A stretch of 44,140 nucleotides of DNA from Bacteroidales bacterium (lineage in GTDB: Bacteria; Bacteroidota; Bacteroidia; Bacteroidales; JAOZQN01). Shown piece by piece: positions 8,854 to 18,479 of the stretch. How positions within the stretch are numbered: position 1 is the first letter of the stretch; the number at the start of each line of letters is the position of its first letter. A model generated the notes under the pieces. The model saw only the letters and a list, made by a program, of their open reading frames with translations. It made no database searches and had not been told where the DNA came from. Both the position numbers and the translations under genes were made by a program. Where the stretch lies: the NCBI GenBank assembly GCA_029932195.1, contig JAOZQN010000001.1, positions 10,595-54,734 of the forward strand, given 5' to 3'.

Positions 8854-11800
8854 TTGAAAAAAGTAATTATATATATAATATTAAGTGTTTTTATCACAGG
8901 AATTTATGCTCAAAAATATAACTTGAGTCAATTTTCTTTAGATAAAGGGCTTTCTCAATCTCAGGTATTTGCAAGCACGCAAGCTCCTGATGGTAGTATG
9001 TGGATTGGAACTCTTGGTGGTGCAATTACAATTTATAATGGAATGGAAACCAACTACATAACAACCGAAGAAGCATTGCCAGATTATAGTATTTGGAAAT
9101 TATTTACTGCAAATGATGGCAAAATTTGGATTGGAACTGCAAGTGGTATAGCATATTACGATGGTTATAAAATTATAAATTTTGACAATAAAGTTGAAAA
9201 CGTCAGAGATATTACAGAAGATGCTTATAATAATATTTGGTTTTCGTCCGACACTGCTATTTTTATTATAAAAAATGATAAGATAGAATTGGTAGAAACA
9301 TTTGCCTATTCAACGCCCGCTGTTTTTTGTGATTCTAAAAATAATATCTGGTATTTCTCTTCAGAAGGAGTAGATAAAATTACTGATAATAAGATAAATA
9401 CAGTTATAAAAAAAGAATATTTGCAAGGAACAATTATTTTTGAGGATAATTCTAATAATATGTGGTTTGGAACAGACGCTGGTTTATATTTTTATGATAA
9501 TAAAAATATAAAATGTTATACCGAAGAAGATGGACTGGCAAGCAATAGGATAGTTGATATAATACAAGACAACAAGTCAAATATTTGGGTTGCCACAGAA
9601 GAGAATGGATTAAGTATTTTTGATGGGCAAAACTTTTTAAATATATCTACAAGTGAAGGTCTTGGAATAGGTTATACCCCTGATTTATACCGAGATAAAC
9701 ATAATAATATTTGGATTGGAACAGATGGAGACGGTGCTTATATGTTTAAAAATTTTAGGTTTAAGCAATTGGATTTTGATACTATTGCAGCTAATAATTT
9801 TATAATGAGCATTTTGATTGAAGAGAATGGAGTAAAATGGTTTGGGACAGACGGTGCAGGAATTGTTGTAGAAAAAAATGGAAATTATGAGAGTTTATCT
9901 ACTGACAATGGGCTTGTTAGTAACTTTATTTATGATATTATTAAAGATAAAAAAGGAAATTATTGGTTTGCTTCTTACGAGGGATTAAGTAAATATGATG
10001 GTGCTAAATTCACAAACTATACAAATGCTACAAACAATTCATTTACAACAGATTATACCATGTCGTTGTTAGATGATGATATGTCTAATATTTGGGTGGG
10101 AACAAACGGCGGTGGGCTTTATAAAATCACTGATAATAAGGTAATTAACTACGATTATTCTAACTCTTTTGAGGCAAATACTGTTTGGGATATTTATCAA
10201 TCTAAAAAAGGTGATATTTATTTTGGAACGGATAATGGCTTAATCGTTTTTTCGGGAAAAGATACTATTCATTACACCGAAAAAGATGGTTTGAATGAGC
10301 TTGGAATTGGAACTATAATTGAAGACAATCAGGGAGTTATATGGCTTGGAACAGACAAAGGAATTAGTAGATTTGATGGCAAAAACTTTATAAATTACAC
10401 TAAAAAAGATGGCTTATCTTCGGATATTTGTTACTTTATACATTTTGATAAGAATAATTATATAATTTCAGGAACAGAAAAAGGAATTGATAAGATAAAA
10501 TTTGATAAGAAAGGACAATTAATATCATTAAAACATTACGGAAAAAATGATGGTTTTTTTGGAATAGAATGTAATTTGAATGCTGTTTCAGAAGATAAAA
10601 ATGGGATTTTATATATAGGAACAATAGATGGAGTAACTATTTATAATCCTATTTTAGAACAAGATACAATATTTGAAGCAATAACAAACATCACAAAAAT
10701 AAAACTATTTTACGAAGACATAGATTGGTTACAATATACAGATTCTATTTTGAGCTGGTCTCACTTGCCTTATAATTTAATATTACCATACAACAAAAAC
10801 AATCTAACTTTTGAATTTATTGGTATAGATTATAAAAATCCCGAAAAAGTGAGCTATAAATTTATGCTTCAGGGTTTTGACGATAATTGGATGCCTATAA
10901 CTGATGCCAGATATGCTACTTACTCAAATATTCCTCCAGGAAAATATACTTTTAAAGTTAAAGCTCTAACGAGTGAGGGTATTTGGAATGAAGAGAGTAG
11001 CAAATTCTATTTTGAGATAAGAAAACCGTTTTGGAAAACAATACTTTTTTATATTATAGTTGGAATTTCATTAATTCTTTCAATAGTTTCCATTATATAT
11101 TTTAGAACAAGGCGACTGCAAAAAGCAAAAATAGAACTTCAAAATAAAGTAATGGAACGCACAGCAGAAATTATGCAACAAAAAGAAGAGATTGAGGCTC
11201 AAAGAGATGAAATAGAAGCCCAGCGAGATGTTGTTACTGCTCATAGAAATGAAATAGAAGAGAAACGAAGAAAAACAACCGACAGTATTATTTATGCTAA
11301 AAGAATCCAAAAAGCATTATTTCCTCAAAATAAGTTATTTGAAGAAAATTTTTCTGAATATTTTATCTTTTTTAAACCCCGAGATATTGTTAGTGGCGAT
11401 TTTTATTGGATAAAAAAAGTAAACAATCATATACTTTTTGCTGTTGCAGATTGCACTGGACATGGAGTTCCAGGAGCTTTTATGAGCTTACTTGGTATTT
11501 CTTTTTTAAACGAAATTGTTATGCGTTCCGAAATAACACAAACAAGTGAAGTGCTTGAAGAACTGAGACGTAGAATTAAAAATACTCTCAAACAAGGCGA
11601 TAGTAGTAATTCAAAAGACGGAATTGATATGGCTTTGTGTTGTATTGATAAAGACACCAATATATTACAATATTCTGGTGCTAATAATCCTTTGTATGTT
11701 ATCAGTGCTGATAAAAAACTATCAGTTTATAAAGCAGATAGACAGCCCGTTGGGATTTATGTAAAAGAAAGGAACTTTAAACAAACTGATATTCAGCTAC

Positions 11801-12099
11801 AAAAAAATGACCTGATATATCTTTTTTCTGATGGAATAACAGACCAATTTGGTGGTGAACGAGATATGAAATTTATGACTAAAAGATTGAAAAAATTGCT
11901 TTTAGATAATTCGCATAAAAATATGAGTGAACAAAATAAAGTAATTGAAACAACTTTTGAAAACTGGAAAAAAGAGAACAACCAGCTTGATGATGTGCTT
12001 CTTATAGGAGCTAAAATTGAGTCCACTCCGAGAAGTGTATTTTTGCCAAAATCAAGGCGGATACAGATTTTAGAAACGGAATTTACTTGTTGTAAATGA
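8854..12099 (+). CDS. Membrane sensor phosphatase: periplasmic beta-propeller (Reg_prop) + Y_Y_Y + TM + coiled coil + SpoIIE/PP2C
   Basis: Repeated DxxxNIWxGTxxGL blades, YKFMLQGFD...YSNIPPGKYTF, TM, SIIYAKRIQ, PRDIVSGDFYW, ADCTGHGVPGA, DGID, SDGITDQFGG, DD. The last ~26 aa come from a MITE. Confidence 0.92.
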   Translation: MKKVIIYIILSVFITGIYAQKYNLSQFSLDKGLSQSQVFASTQAPDGSMWIGTLGGAITIYNGMETNYITTEEALPDYSIWKLFTANDGKIWIGTASGIAYYDGYKIINFDNKVENVRDITEDAYNNIWFSSDTAIFIIKNDKIELVETFAYSTPAVFCDSKNNIWYFSSEGVDKITDNKINTVIKKEYLQGTIIFEDNSNNMWFGTDAGLYFYDNKNIKCYTEEDGLASNRIVDIIQDNKSNIWVATEENGLSIFDGQNFLNISTSEGLGIGYTPDLYRDKHNNIWIGTDGDGAYMFKNFRFKQLDFDTIAANNFIMSILIEENGVKWFGTDGAGIVVEKNGNYESLSTDNGLVSNFIYDIIKDKKGNYWFASYEGLSKYDGAKFTNYTNATNNSFTTDYTMSLLDDDMSNIWVGTNGGGLYKITDNKVINYDYSNSFEANTVWDIYQSKKGDIYFGTDNGLIVFSGKDTIHYTEKDGLNELGIGTIIEDNQGVIWLGTDKGISRFDGKNFINYTKKDGLSSDICYFIHFDKNNYIISGTEKGIDKIKFDKKGQLISLKHYGKNDGFFGIECNLNAVSEDKNGILYIGTIDGVTIYNPILEQDTIFEAITNITKIKLFYEDIDWLQYTDSILSWSHLPYNLILPYNKNNLTFEFIGIDYKNPEKVSYKFMLQGFDDNWMPITDARYATYSNIPPGKYTFKVKALTSEGIWNEESSKFYFEIRKPFWKTILFYIIVGISLILSIVSIIYFRTRRLQKAKIELQNKVMERTAEIMQQKEEIEAQRDEIEAQRDVVTAHRNEIEEKRRKTTDSIIYAKRIQKALFPQNKLFEENFSEYFIFFKPRDIVSGDFYWIKKVNNHILFAVADCTGHGVPGAFMSLLGISFLNEIVMRSEITQTSEVLEELRRRIKNTLKQGDSSNSKDGIDMALCCIDKDTNILQYSGANNPLYVISADKKLSVYKADRQPVGIYVKERNFKQTDIQLQKNDLIYLFSDGITDQFGGERDMKFMTKRLKKLLLDNSHKNMSEQNKVIETTFENWKKENNQLDDVLLIGAKIESTPRSVFLPKSRRIQILETEFTCCK

Positions 12100-12160
12100 G
12101 TATTTTAAAATTTGTATCCAACGCCGAATTTGGCAAAAAGATGCTTTTCGGAGTGGACTC
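12019..12160. mobile_element. 142-bp MITE, copy 2, with perfect 6-bp target duplication AAAATT
   Basis: aaaatt at 12013-12018 and 12161-12166. Overlaps the 3' ends of both flanking genes. Confidence 0.92.
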
Positions 12161-13586
12161 AAAATTGAAAATAAATAAACTCTGTAAGATTCCAATTTCC
12201 AAGTCCAATAATTAATAAAATAATAATATAATATACCGAAAATCTTACAATAACATGTTTTTCAGAAATGTATTTTACAATATCAACCTTCCTCTCAATA
12301 AAATGAACAATCATTACTATTAAAATTAGCAAAGAATTGATTAATAATGTTTTATTGTCAAAATTAAGTTTTATATCAAAAGTAAACATGTTTTTTATAA
12401 GAGCCATTGCATAGCTAAAATTTTCTGCCCTAAAAAATATAAATGCAAATACCACAACCGAAAATGTTGTTAAAATTCGTAATCCTAAAATAGCTTTATT
12501 TTTTCTTGTAATTTTATATAAACTAGTCTGTTTTTTTACAATTTTTTTTAATACTTTTTCAAGTAAATAAATAAAACCATGTATTGTCCCCCAAATAATA
12601 AAAGTCCATTCGGCACCATGCCAAAAGCCACTGACAATAAAGGTAATAAAGATAATAATAACCCATTTAAAAAGTGAGACACGATTTCCGCCAAGCGAAA
12701 TATACACATAATCTCTAAACCAAGACGAAAGTGAAATATGCCAACGTTTCCAAAAATCATTGATTGAAGTAGCAAGATACGGCTGTTTAAAGTTTTTCAT
12801 TAACTTAATACCCAGCACATTTGCCGCTCCAATAGCAATATTAGTATAGCCCGCAAAATCGCAATATATTTGAAATGCAAAAAATACAGATGCAACTACA
12901 ATGCTTAACCCCTTGTAAGAGTTTGGGTTAGCAAAAACAATATTTACAATTCCCATCAAATTGTCTGCAATAACTACTTTCTGAAAAAAGCCCCAAAGCA
13001 TCAGTTTTAAGCCATAACTAATACGTTCAAAATCCAAAGATTGTTTCTTTTCTAACTGAGGTAAAAGCCTTTCAGCACGTTCAATTGGTCCGGCAACAAG
13101 TTGTGGAAAGAAGGAAACATACAAAGCAAATTTTGCAATATTTCTCTCTGGTTTTATTTTTCTTCGGAAAACATCAATCGTGTAACTCATTGTCTGAAAG
13201 GTATAAAACGAAATTCCAACAGGTAAAATTAATTTCAGATACGGAATCTTTTGATGAGTTCCCCAAATATTTAGTCCCCAGTTAATGTTTTTTATGAAAA
13301 AATCGGCATATTTAAAACTAAATAAAATTAATAAATTCACTAATATACTACTGATTAACAAAATATTACGAATATTTTTTTTCTTGCTTATATAAATATT
13401 TTTTGCAATAAAATAGTCGGTAAGGGTAGATATAATTATTAGAATAATAAATAAAGGATTCCACCACATATAGAATAAGTAGCTGGCAGTCAGCAGTAAA
13501 TATATTCTAAATTTGTGGGGCAAACAGAAATATAGTATTACTACAGTTGGGAAAAATATAAAAAAATCTAATGAATTAAAAATCAT
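12159..13586 (-). CDS. MBOAT-family O-acyltransferase (AlgI/DltB/PatA-like)
   Basis: LPVGISFYTFQ, FFPQLVAGPIER, QIYCDFAGY, FWKRWHISLS, GFWHGA, C-terminal FIYFQF. Confidence 0.95.
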   Translation of the reverse strand: MIFNSLDFFIFFPTVVILYFCLPHKFRIYLLLTASYLFYMWWNPLFIILIIISTLTDYFIAKNIYISKKKNIRNILLISSILVNLLILFSFKYADFFIKNINWGLNIWGTHQKIPYLKLILPVGISFYTFQTMSYTIDVFRRKIKPERNIAKFALYVSFFPQLVAGPIERAERLLPQLEKKQSLDFERISYGLKLMLWGFFQKVVIADNLMGIVNIVFANPNSYKGLSIVVASVFFAFQIYCDFAGYTNIAIGAANVLGIKLMKNFKQPYLATSINDFWKRWHISLSSWFRDYVYISLGGNRVSLFKWVIIIFITFIVSGFWHGAEWTFIIWGTIHGFIYLLEKVLKKIVKKQTSLYKITRKNKAILGLRILTTFSVVVFAFIFFRAENFSYAMALIKNMFTFDIKLNFDNKTLLINSLLILIVMIVHFIERKVDIVKYISEKHVIVRFSVYYIIILLIIGLGNWNLTEFIYFQF

Positions 13587-13665
13587 AAATCAACATAAGT
13601 TATTTTTTACAATTATAGTAAAAATAAAATTTTTCACCAATTTTTATTTTAGATTTATGAGATAA

Positions 13666-13836
13666 AAATTTGGGCGTTTTTCATATTAACCAAAAATAGT
13701 TTACACTTTTTTTATTTGTTTATAAAACCAAAAACACAATAACAATATAAATATCAATTCATTAGCGTAGGGTTTAAAACCCTACGCTAATGAAAAAACA
13801 GAAAGTGTAAAGTAGATATGAAAAACGCCAAAATTT
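13666..13836. mobile_element. ~170-bp MITE-like element with central GTAG palindrome
   Basis: TIR aaatttgggcgtttttcatat / atatgaaaaacgccaaaattt (20/21). Core ttcattagcgtagggttt-a-aaaccctacgctaatgaa at 13758-13794. Inverted partial copy at 43951-44085. Confidence 0.8.
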
Positions 13837-14052
13837 GTTAGCAAGTCTGGATAATAAATTTCGAACAGAGCATTCTCTTTTAATAAAATCCTGATTAATC
13901 AATTTATATTGGAGATAAATTCCTTTCTGTAAAACATATCCATTACTATAATAATCAAATGATTACAAAAACTGTATCTAAAATGTAATGCCTTAATTCC
14001 CTTTGTATCTTTATTGTAATAGATAAAAATTGTTATTGTTTTTTTATAGTTA

Positions 14053-14060
14053 TATATTTG
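14053..14060 (+). promoter_or_regulatory. -7 promoter element (TATATTTG)
   Basis: TAnnTTTG about 50 bp upstream of 14112. Confidence 0.5.
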
Positions 14061-14111
14061 AAAATATTATTATTATTCCCTAAAATTATTAATCAAAAAA
14101 CAAATTAAACA

Positions 14112-16553
14112 ATGAAAAATTTTATCACATTATTCTTATCATTAGTATTAGTTGCAAGTATTTCATTTGCACAAAAAACAGACATTTTGAATGAAGGTTT
14201 TGAAGGAGGAACTATTCCTGCTGGCTGGACACAAATAATAGAAGAAGGAAGTGGAGCAGAAGATTACTGGGAAGTTCAAACAGGTGGCTGGTCGGGAGGA
14301 TATTATCCTGCAACAGCACATACAGGAACTTATAATATCTGTTTTGGTGGATTTCCAAATCCTTCAATAACTAAAATTGTAACGCCTGCGTTGGATTTAT
14401 CAAATGGAGGAACACTAAATTTCTGGTGGGCTTCGCACACAGTAAATGGTGTAGGAGATATAGATTTACTAACTGTTTATTACAAAGATGGTTTTATGGG
14501 AGACTGGGTTGAACTGGCTTCCTACCCCGATGGTGCAGACGATTGGACAGAAGCAACTTTTAGTCTTCCTTCTTCAAGCGAAATTTATATTGCCTTTGAA
14601 GGTTCTTACGATGGAGGAACTTATCCTGTTGTAGATGATGTTCATGTATTTACGTCCGATACCGATTTAGGTATTGATAATGTGCAACCAGTTCTTGCTT
14701 TCGGAACAGAAACAAATCCAACAGTAATGGTTCATAATTATGGTTTGATTGATGCAAGTTCTTACGACGTAAATCTCACAATAGCAGGAACTGCTTATGA
14801 TGAGACTGTTACAGATGGTGCAACAATTACTCCTGGCGAAGAAATGATTATTGAATTTCCCGTTTGGACACTTCCTGCCGAAGGAGATTATGAAATTACT
14901 GCTACCGTTACTATTGCAGGAGATGCTGTTACTGAAAATAATACCATGACAACAAATTGTATAGTTGATCAAACTCCAATTGGTAATCCTCTCGGATATT
15001 TTGATATAAATGATGTAGAAGGAAATGATATGAACTATATACATCCTGAAACAGATGGAGATAATATATATGTTGTAGAGTGGCCAACAAGTAATTTTGC
15101 AAAATTTACTATGTCAGGAAGCCCTTCTGGAGAATTTACAATTGGCGATTTTGATGGAGATGATTTAACCTACGATGGACAATATTTTTATACAGGTGCT
15201 TGGGATGGAGGCGATGGTTACTCCACAATACAAAAATTAGACCTTGCAAACCAAACTGTTATTAACACTTTTACCTCCACTGTTTCTGTTAATTCACTTT
15301 CATATAATAACAACGCAAACACTTTTTGGGGAGGTGCTTATAGTTCGGTCTTTCAGGAATTTGATGCCGATGGTATATACACAGGAAATCAGTTTGTAGC
15401 TGAAAATAATGTTTCAGGCACGGCTATTGATATGTTTACAGACCCTGAAAATCCAAAAATATGGTTTTTTACTATGGAAGCTGGAGCTATTGTAGAAAAA
15501 CTTATTGAATATGACTTAAATACAGGAACAGCAACAGGAACAGAAATTCTTGTAAATGAAACAAACTTTCCTGGAATTGTTCATGTAGATGGAAACTCCA
15601 CAGATTTAGCTGGAGGTTTAGCTTGTTATGTTAATGAACAAAATCAAGTAATTTTACTCGTAGGTCTCCAAAAACATGCCGAAGGTTTTTATTGTGGAAG
15701 AATAATGTCTGTTTATCTTGGAGATGCTGCTACAAGTTATCCTGTAACTCTAACAGTTGTGGACGAACAGTCTGCACCAATTCAATATGCAGATGTTCAA
15801 GTTGGCTCTGCAAAAGTTACTGGAACTACAGATGAAAACGGACAAGTAACTTTTAATCTTATTGAGAATTATTATGAATATGCTATTTCAAAAGACTGTT
15901 ATCTAAATTCTTATGGCGACTTTACTGTATCGGGAGCAACTCCTACTATTGATGATATTATTTTAAATTCGGTTGATGCTCCTTCTTTTACAAACGGAGT
16001 TGTGCAAACAAACGGGCAAACAATTGAACTCTCATTTAACAACGAAATGGATTTGAACGGAGCAACTGCTCCCGCAGGTTTTACCGTAGATGGAGAATAT
16101 TATGATTATGTTGTTACTGATATTGAACTTAAAAGTGGAAATAATAATATAGTTGTTCTTACAATTGATGAGATGATACAAGATGGAGAAATTGTAACTT
16201 TCAGCTATGTAGCAGGAAATATCCAGTCTGTTTGTGAAATTTCGCTTGATAATATTACAGATGAGACTCTTACAAACAATTCTACTATTCTTATCTCTGT
16301 AAACGAACTTAGTGGTAATGAGTTTAATATTTATCCTAATCCTTCAAATGGAATTTTTATTATTGAAAATAGTTTAAAAAATGAAACTTTGGAAATTGAA
16401 ATTACAAATTTAACAGGAAAAACAATCTATAATTCAGAAGTTAAAAACATTATAAATTCAGAAATTGATTTATCAAACCAAGCTAAAGGTGTTTATTTTA
16501 TCAATATAAAAACCGAAAATGGTATTTTTACAGATAAATTGATAGTTCAATAA
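14112..16553 (+). CDS. T9SS type-A cargo surface protein (MAM/cleaved-adhesin-like, CARDB-like, propeller-like, Ig-like, SwmB-like repeat, CTD)
   Basis: Signal peptide, LNEGFEGGTIPAGW...DDV, GDAVTENN, APSFTNGVVQTNGQTIELSFN, CTD IYPNPSNG...GVYFINI...KLIVQ. Internal domain names are tentative. Confidence 0.85.
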   Translation: MKNFITLFLSLVLVASISFAQKTDILNEGFEGGTIPAGWTQIIEEGSGAEDYWEVQTGGWSGGYYPATAHTGTYNICFGGFPNPSITKIVTPALDLSNGGTLNFWWASHTVNGVGDIDLLTVYYKDGFMGDWVELASYPDGADDWTEATFSLPSSSEIYIAFEGSYDGGTYPVVDDVHVFTSDTDLGIDNVQPVLAFGTETNPTVMVHNYGLIDASSYDVNLTIAGTAYDETVTDGATITPGEEMIIEFPVWTLPAEGDYEITATVTIAGDAVTENNTMTTNCIVDQTPIGNPLGYFDINDVEGNDMNYIHPETDGDNIYVVEWPTSNFAKFTMSGSPSGEFTIGDFDGDDLTYDGQYFYTGAWDGGDGYSTIQKLDLANQTVINTFTSTVSVNSLSYNNNANTFWGGAYSSVFQEFDADGIYTGNQFVAENNVSGTAIDMFTDPENPKIWFFTMEAGAIVEKLIEYDLNTGTATGTEILVNETNFPGIVHVDGNSTDLAGGLACYVNEQNQVILLVGLQKHAEGFYCGRIMSVYLGDAATSYPVTLTVVDEQSAPIQYADVQVGSAKVTGTTDENGQVTFNLIENYYEYAISKDCYLNSYGDFTVSGATPTIDDIILNSVDAPSFTNGVVQTNGQTIELSFNNEMDLNGATAPAGFTVDGEYYDYVVTDIELKSGNNNIVVLTIDEMIQDGEIVTFSYVAGNIQSVCEISLDNITDETLTNNSTILISVNELSGNEFNIYPNPSNGIFIIENSLKNETLEIEITNLTGKTIYNSEVKNIINSEIDLSNQAKGVYFINIKTENGIFTDKLIVQ

Positions 16554-16649
16554 GATAATTTTTCAATGAATAATTAATAATGAACAATGAATAATTTTGT
16601 AGACGCTTGACAAATAATATCATACAAAATTATCATTTTACACCAAAGT

Positions 16650-16797
16650 GAATTAGATTATCGTTTTTTTTGCCTCAGTCAGGTGTTTTTCACCTGACTG
16701 CATTTACACACATTTATTTGTGAGTCTGCGTGCAGGTGAAAAACACCTACACGAGGCAAATATGAATTTGATTAAAAAAAATCCGAAAACCTAATTC
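16650..16797. mobile_element. MITE-like element with inner inverted hairpin doublet
   Basis: TIR gaattagattatcg / cgaaaacctaattc. Inner ttgcctcagtcaggtgtttttcacctgactg...gcaggtgaaaaaacacctacacgaggcaa. Confidence 0.6.
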
Positions 16798-16813
16798 TCA
16801 GGAAAAGCAAATA

Positions 16814-16850
16814 AAAAAGGTTACGAAATAATTTATTTCGTAACCTTTTT
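16814..16850. terminator. Bidirectional intrinsic terminator
   Basis: aaaaaggttacgaaataa-t-ttatttcgtaaccttttt between convergent genes. Confidence 0.85.
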
Positions 16851-16960
16851 ATTTTTACACCATTAAAGTCAAATAAACAATAAAAATATAATATTCTGAT
16901 TATAAGGATATAATTATTAATTATTCATTGTTCATTGTTCATTATTAATTAAAATAATTA

Positions 16961-18289
16961 TTATAAGTTAGCAACAAAATCAGCTATAACACCTTCTAAA
17001 TTAGGAGTTCCAATTTCTTGAAGGTCGTAATAAACTCTTGTATTTGGTTTTTTGATGTTTACAATTCTGTTTAAGTCCATTGGAGTTCCAATAATAACAG
17101 AGTCGCAATCAACAGCATTGATAGTAGTTTCAAGGTCTTTAATTTGCTCGTCACCATATCCCATTGCTGGAAGAAGTGTTCCAATATTTGGATAAATTTT
17201 GAAAGTTTCTGCAAGTTTACCAACTGCATATTCTCTTGGGTCAACAAGTTCTGATGCACCATATTTTTGAGCGGCAATAATACCAGCACCAAGTTTCATT
17301 TCACCGTGAGTAAGTGTTGGTCCATCTTCTACAACAAGAACACGTTTTCCTTTAATTAGCTCAGGATTATCAACTTTTACAGGAGAAGCAGCATCAACAA
17401 CGATAGCTGTTGGATTAGATTCTTGGATATTTTTTCTAACAGTTAAAATATCTTCTGGATTAGCTGTTACAACTTTATTAATAACTACTACGTCAGCAAT
17501 TCTTAGCATAGTTTCGCCAGGATAATAGCTTAGTTCGTGTCCAGGTCTGTGTGGATCAACTACTGTTACTGTTAGGTCTGGTTTGTAGAATGGAAAATCG
17601 TTGTTTCCACCGTCCCAAAGGATAATATCGCAACCATCTGGGTCGTTTTCAGCAGCTCTTACGATTGCTTCATAATCAACACCAGCATAAATTACATTTC
17701 CTCTAACTACGTGAGGCTCATATTCTTCCATTTCTTCAATTGTGCATTTGTGAAGTTTAAGATCTTCTACTGTTGCAAATCGTTGAACTTTTTGTGCTAC
17801 AAGGTCGCCATAAGGCATTGGATGTCTGATAGCTACTACTTTTAAGCCCTTAGCCATAAGTAGTTCAATAATTTTACGAGAAGTTTGACTTTTACCACAA
17901 CCTGTTCTTACAGCTCCCACTGCAATTACTGGTTTTGTGCTTTTAATCATAGTGTCGTCTGTTCCCAGCATTGCAAAATTGCAACCTTCTGCGTTTACAA
18001 GTGCAGCTTTGTTCATAACTACGTTGTAAGGAACGTCGCTGTAAGAGAACGTGCAAGTATCAACTTTTAGTTCTTTGATTAATCTTGGTAAATCTTCTTC
18101 TGCGAAAATAGGTATTCCTTCTGGATAAAGGTCTCCTGCAAGTTCTGCTGGATATTTTCTCCCGTCGATGTCTGGAATTTGTGCAGCAGTAAATGCTACT
18201 ACGTTATACTCTGCATTACCTCTATAAAAGGTATTAAAATTGTGAAAATCTCTACCGGCTGCTCCGATAATAATTACATTCTTTGCCAT
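16961..18289 (-). CDS. COG2403 P-loop NTPase of the cyclic 2,3-diphosphoglycerate synthetase-like family; probable arginine synthetase (ArcE) type
   Basis: GAAGRDFHNFN, AFTAAQIPDI, RTGCGKSQTS, RHPMPYG, EEYEPH, WDGGNNDFPF, EDGPTLTHG, LPAMGY. Start set at ATG 18289 (MAKNVIII). Confidence 0.85.
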   Translation of the reverse strand: MAKNVIIIGAAGRDFHNFNTFYRGNAEYNVVAFTAAQIPDIDGRKYPAELAGDLYPEGIPIFAEEDLPRLIKELKVDTCTFSYSDVPYNVVMNKAALVNAEGCNFAMLGTDDTMIKSTKPVIAVGAVRTGCGKSQTSRKIIELLMAKGLKVVAIRHPMPYGDLVAQKVQRFATVEDLKLHKCTIEEMEEYEPHVVRGNVIYAGVDYEAIVRAAENDPDGCDIILWDGGNNDFPFYKPDLTVTVVDPHRPGHELSYYPGETMLRIADVVVINKVVTANPEDILTVRKNIQESNPTAIVVDAASPVKVDNPELIKGKRVLVVEDGPTLTHGEMKLGAGIIAAQKYGASELVDPREYAVGKLAETFKIYPNIGTLLPAMGYGDEQIKDLETTINAVDCDSVIIGTPMDLNRIVNIKKPNTRVYYDLQEIGTPNLEGVIADFVANL

Positions 18290-18408
18290 AATAATTAAAA
18301 AATTGTTAAAAATTAAACATAAATAATGTTTAATGTTAGAATCAAAAAACAAGAATACCTTATTCAATCATTTTTTAATAATCATTATCCATTTAAAAAA
18401 TTTCAGTG

Positions 18409-18416
18409 CAAAGGTA
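18409..18416 (-). promoter_or_regulatory. -7 promoter element (TACCTTTG)
   Basis: Consensus match upstream of 18289. Confidence 0.6.
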
Positions 18417-18479
18417 ATTTTTTTTAAAGAAATAAAAATTTTAAGCGAAATAAAAATAGAAACAATCAATAATTTAAAA

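Larger units (their letters stand above)
16565..16950. repeat. Inverted AATGAAY heptamer arrays bracketing the whole intergenic region
   Basis: aatgaataattaataatgaacaatgaataatt at left; aattattaattattcattgttcattgttcattattaatt at right. Confidence 0.75.
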
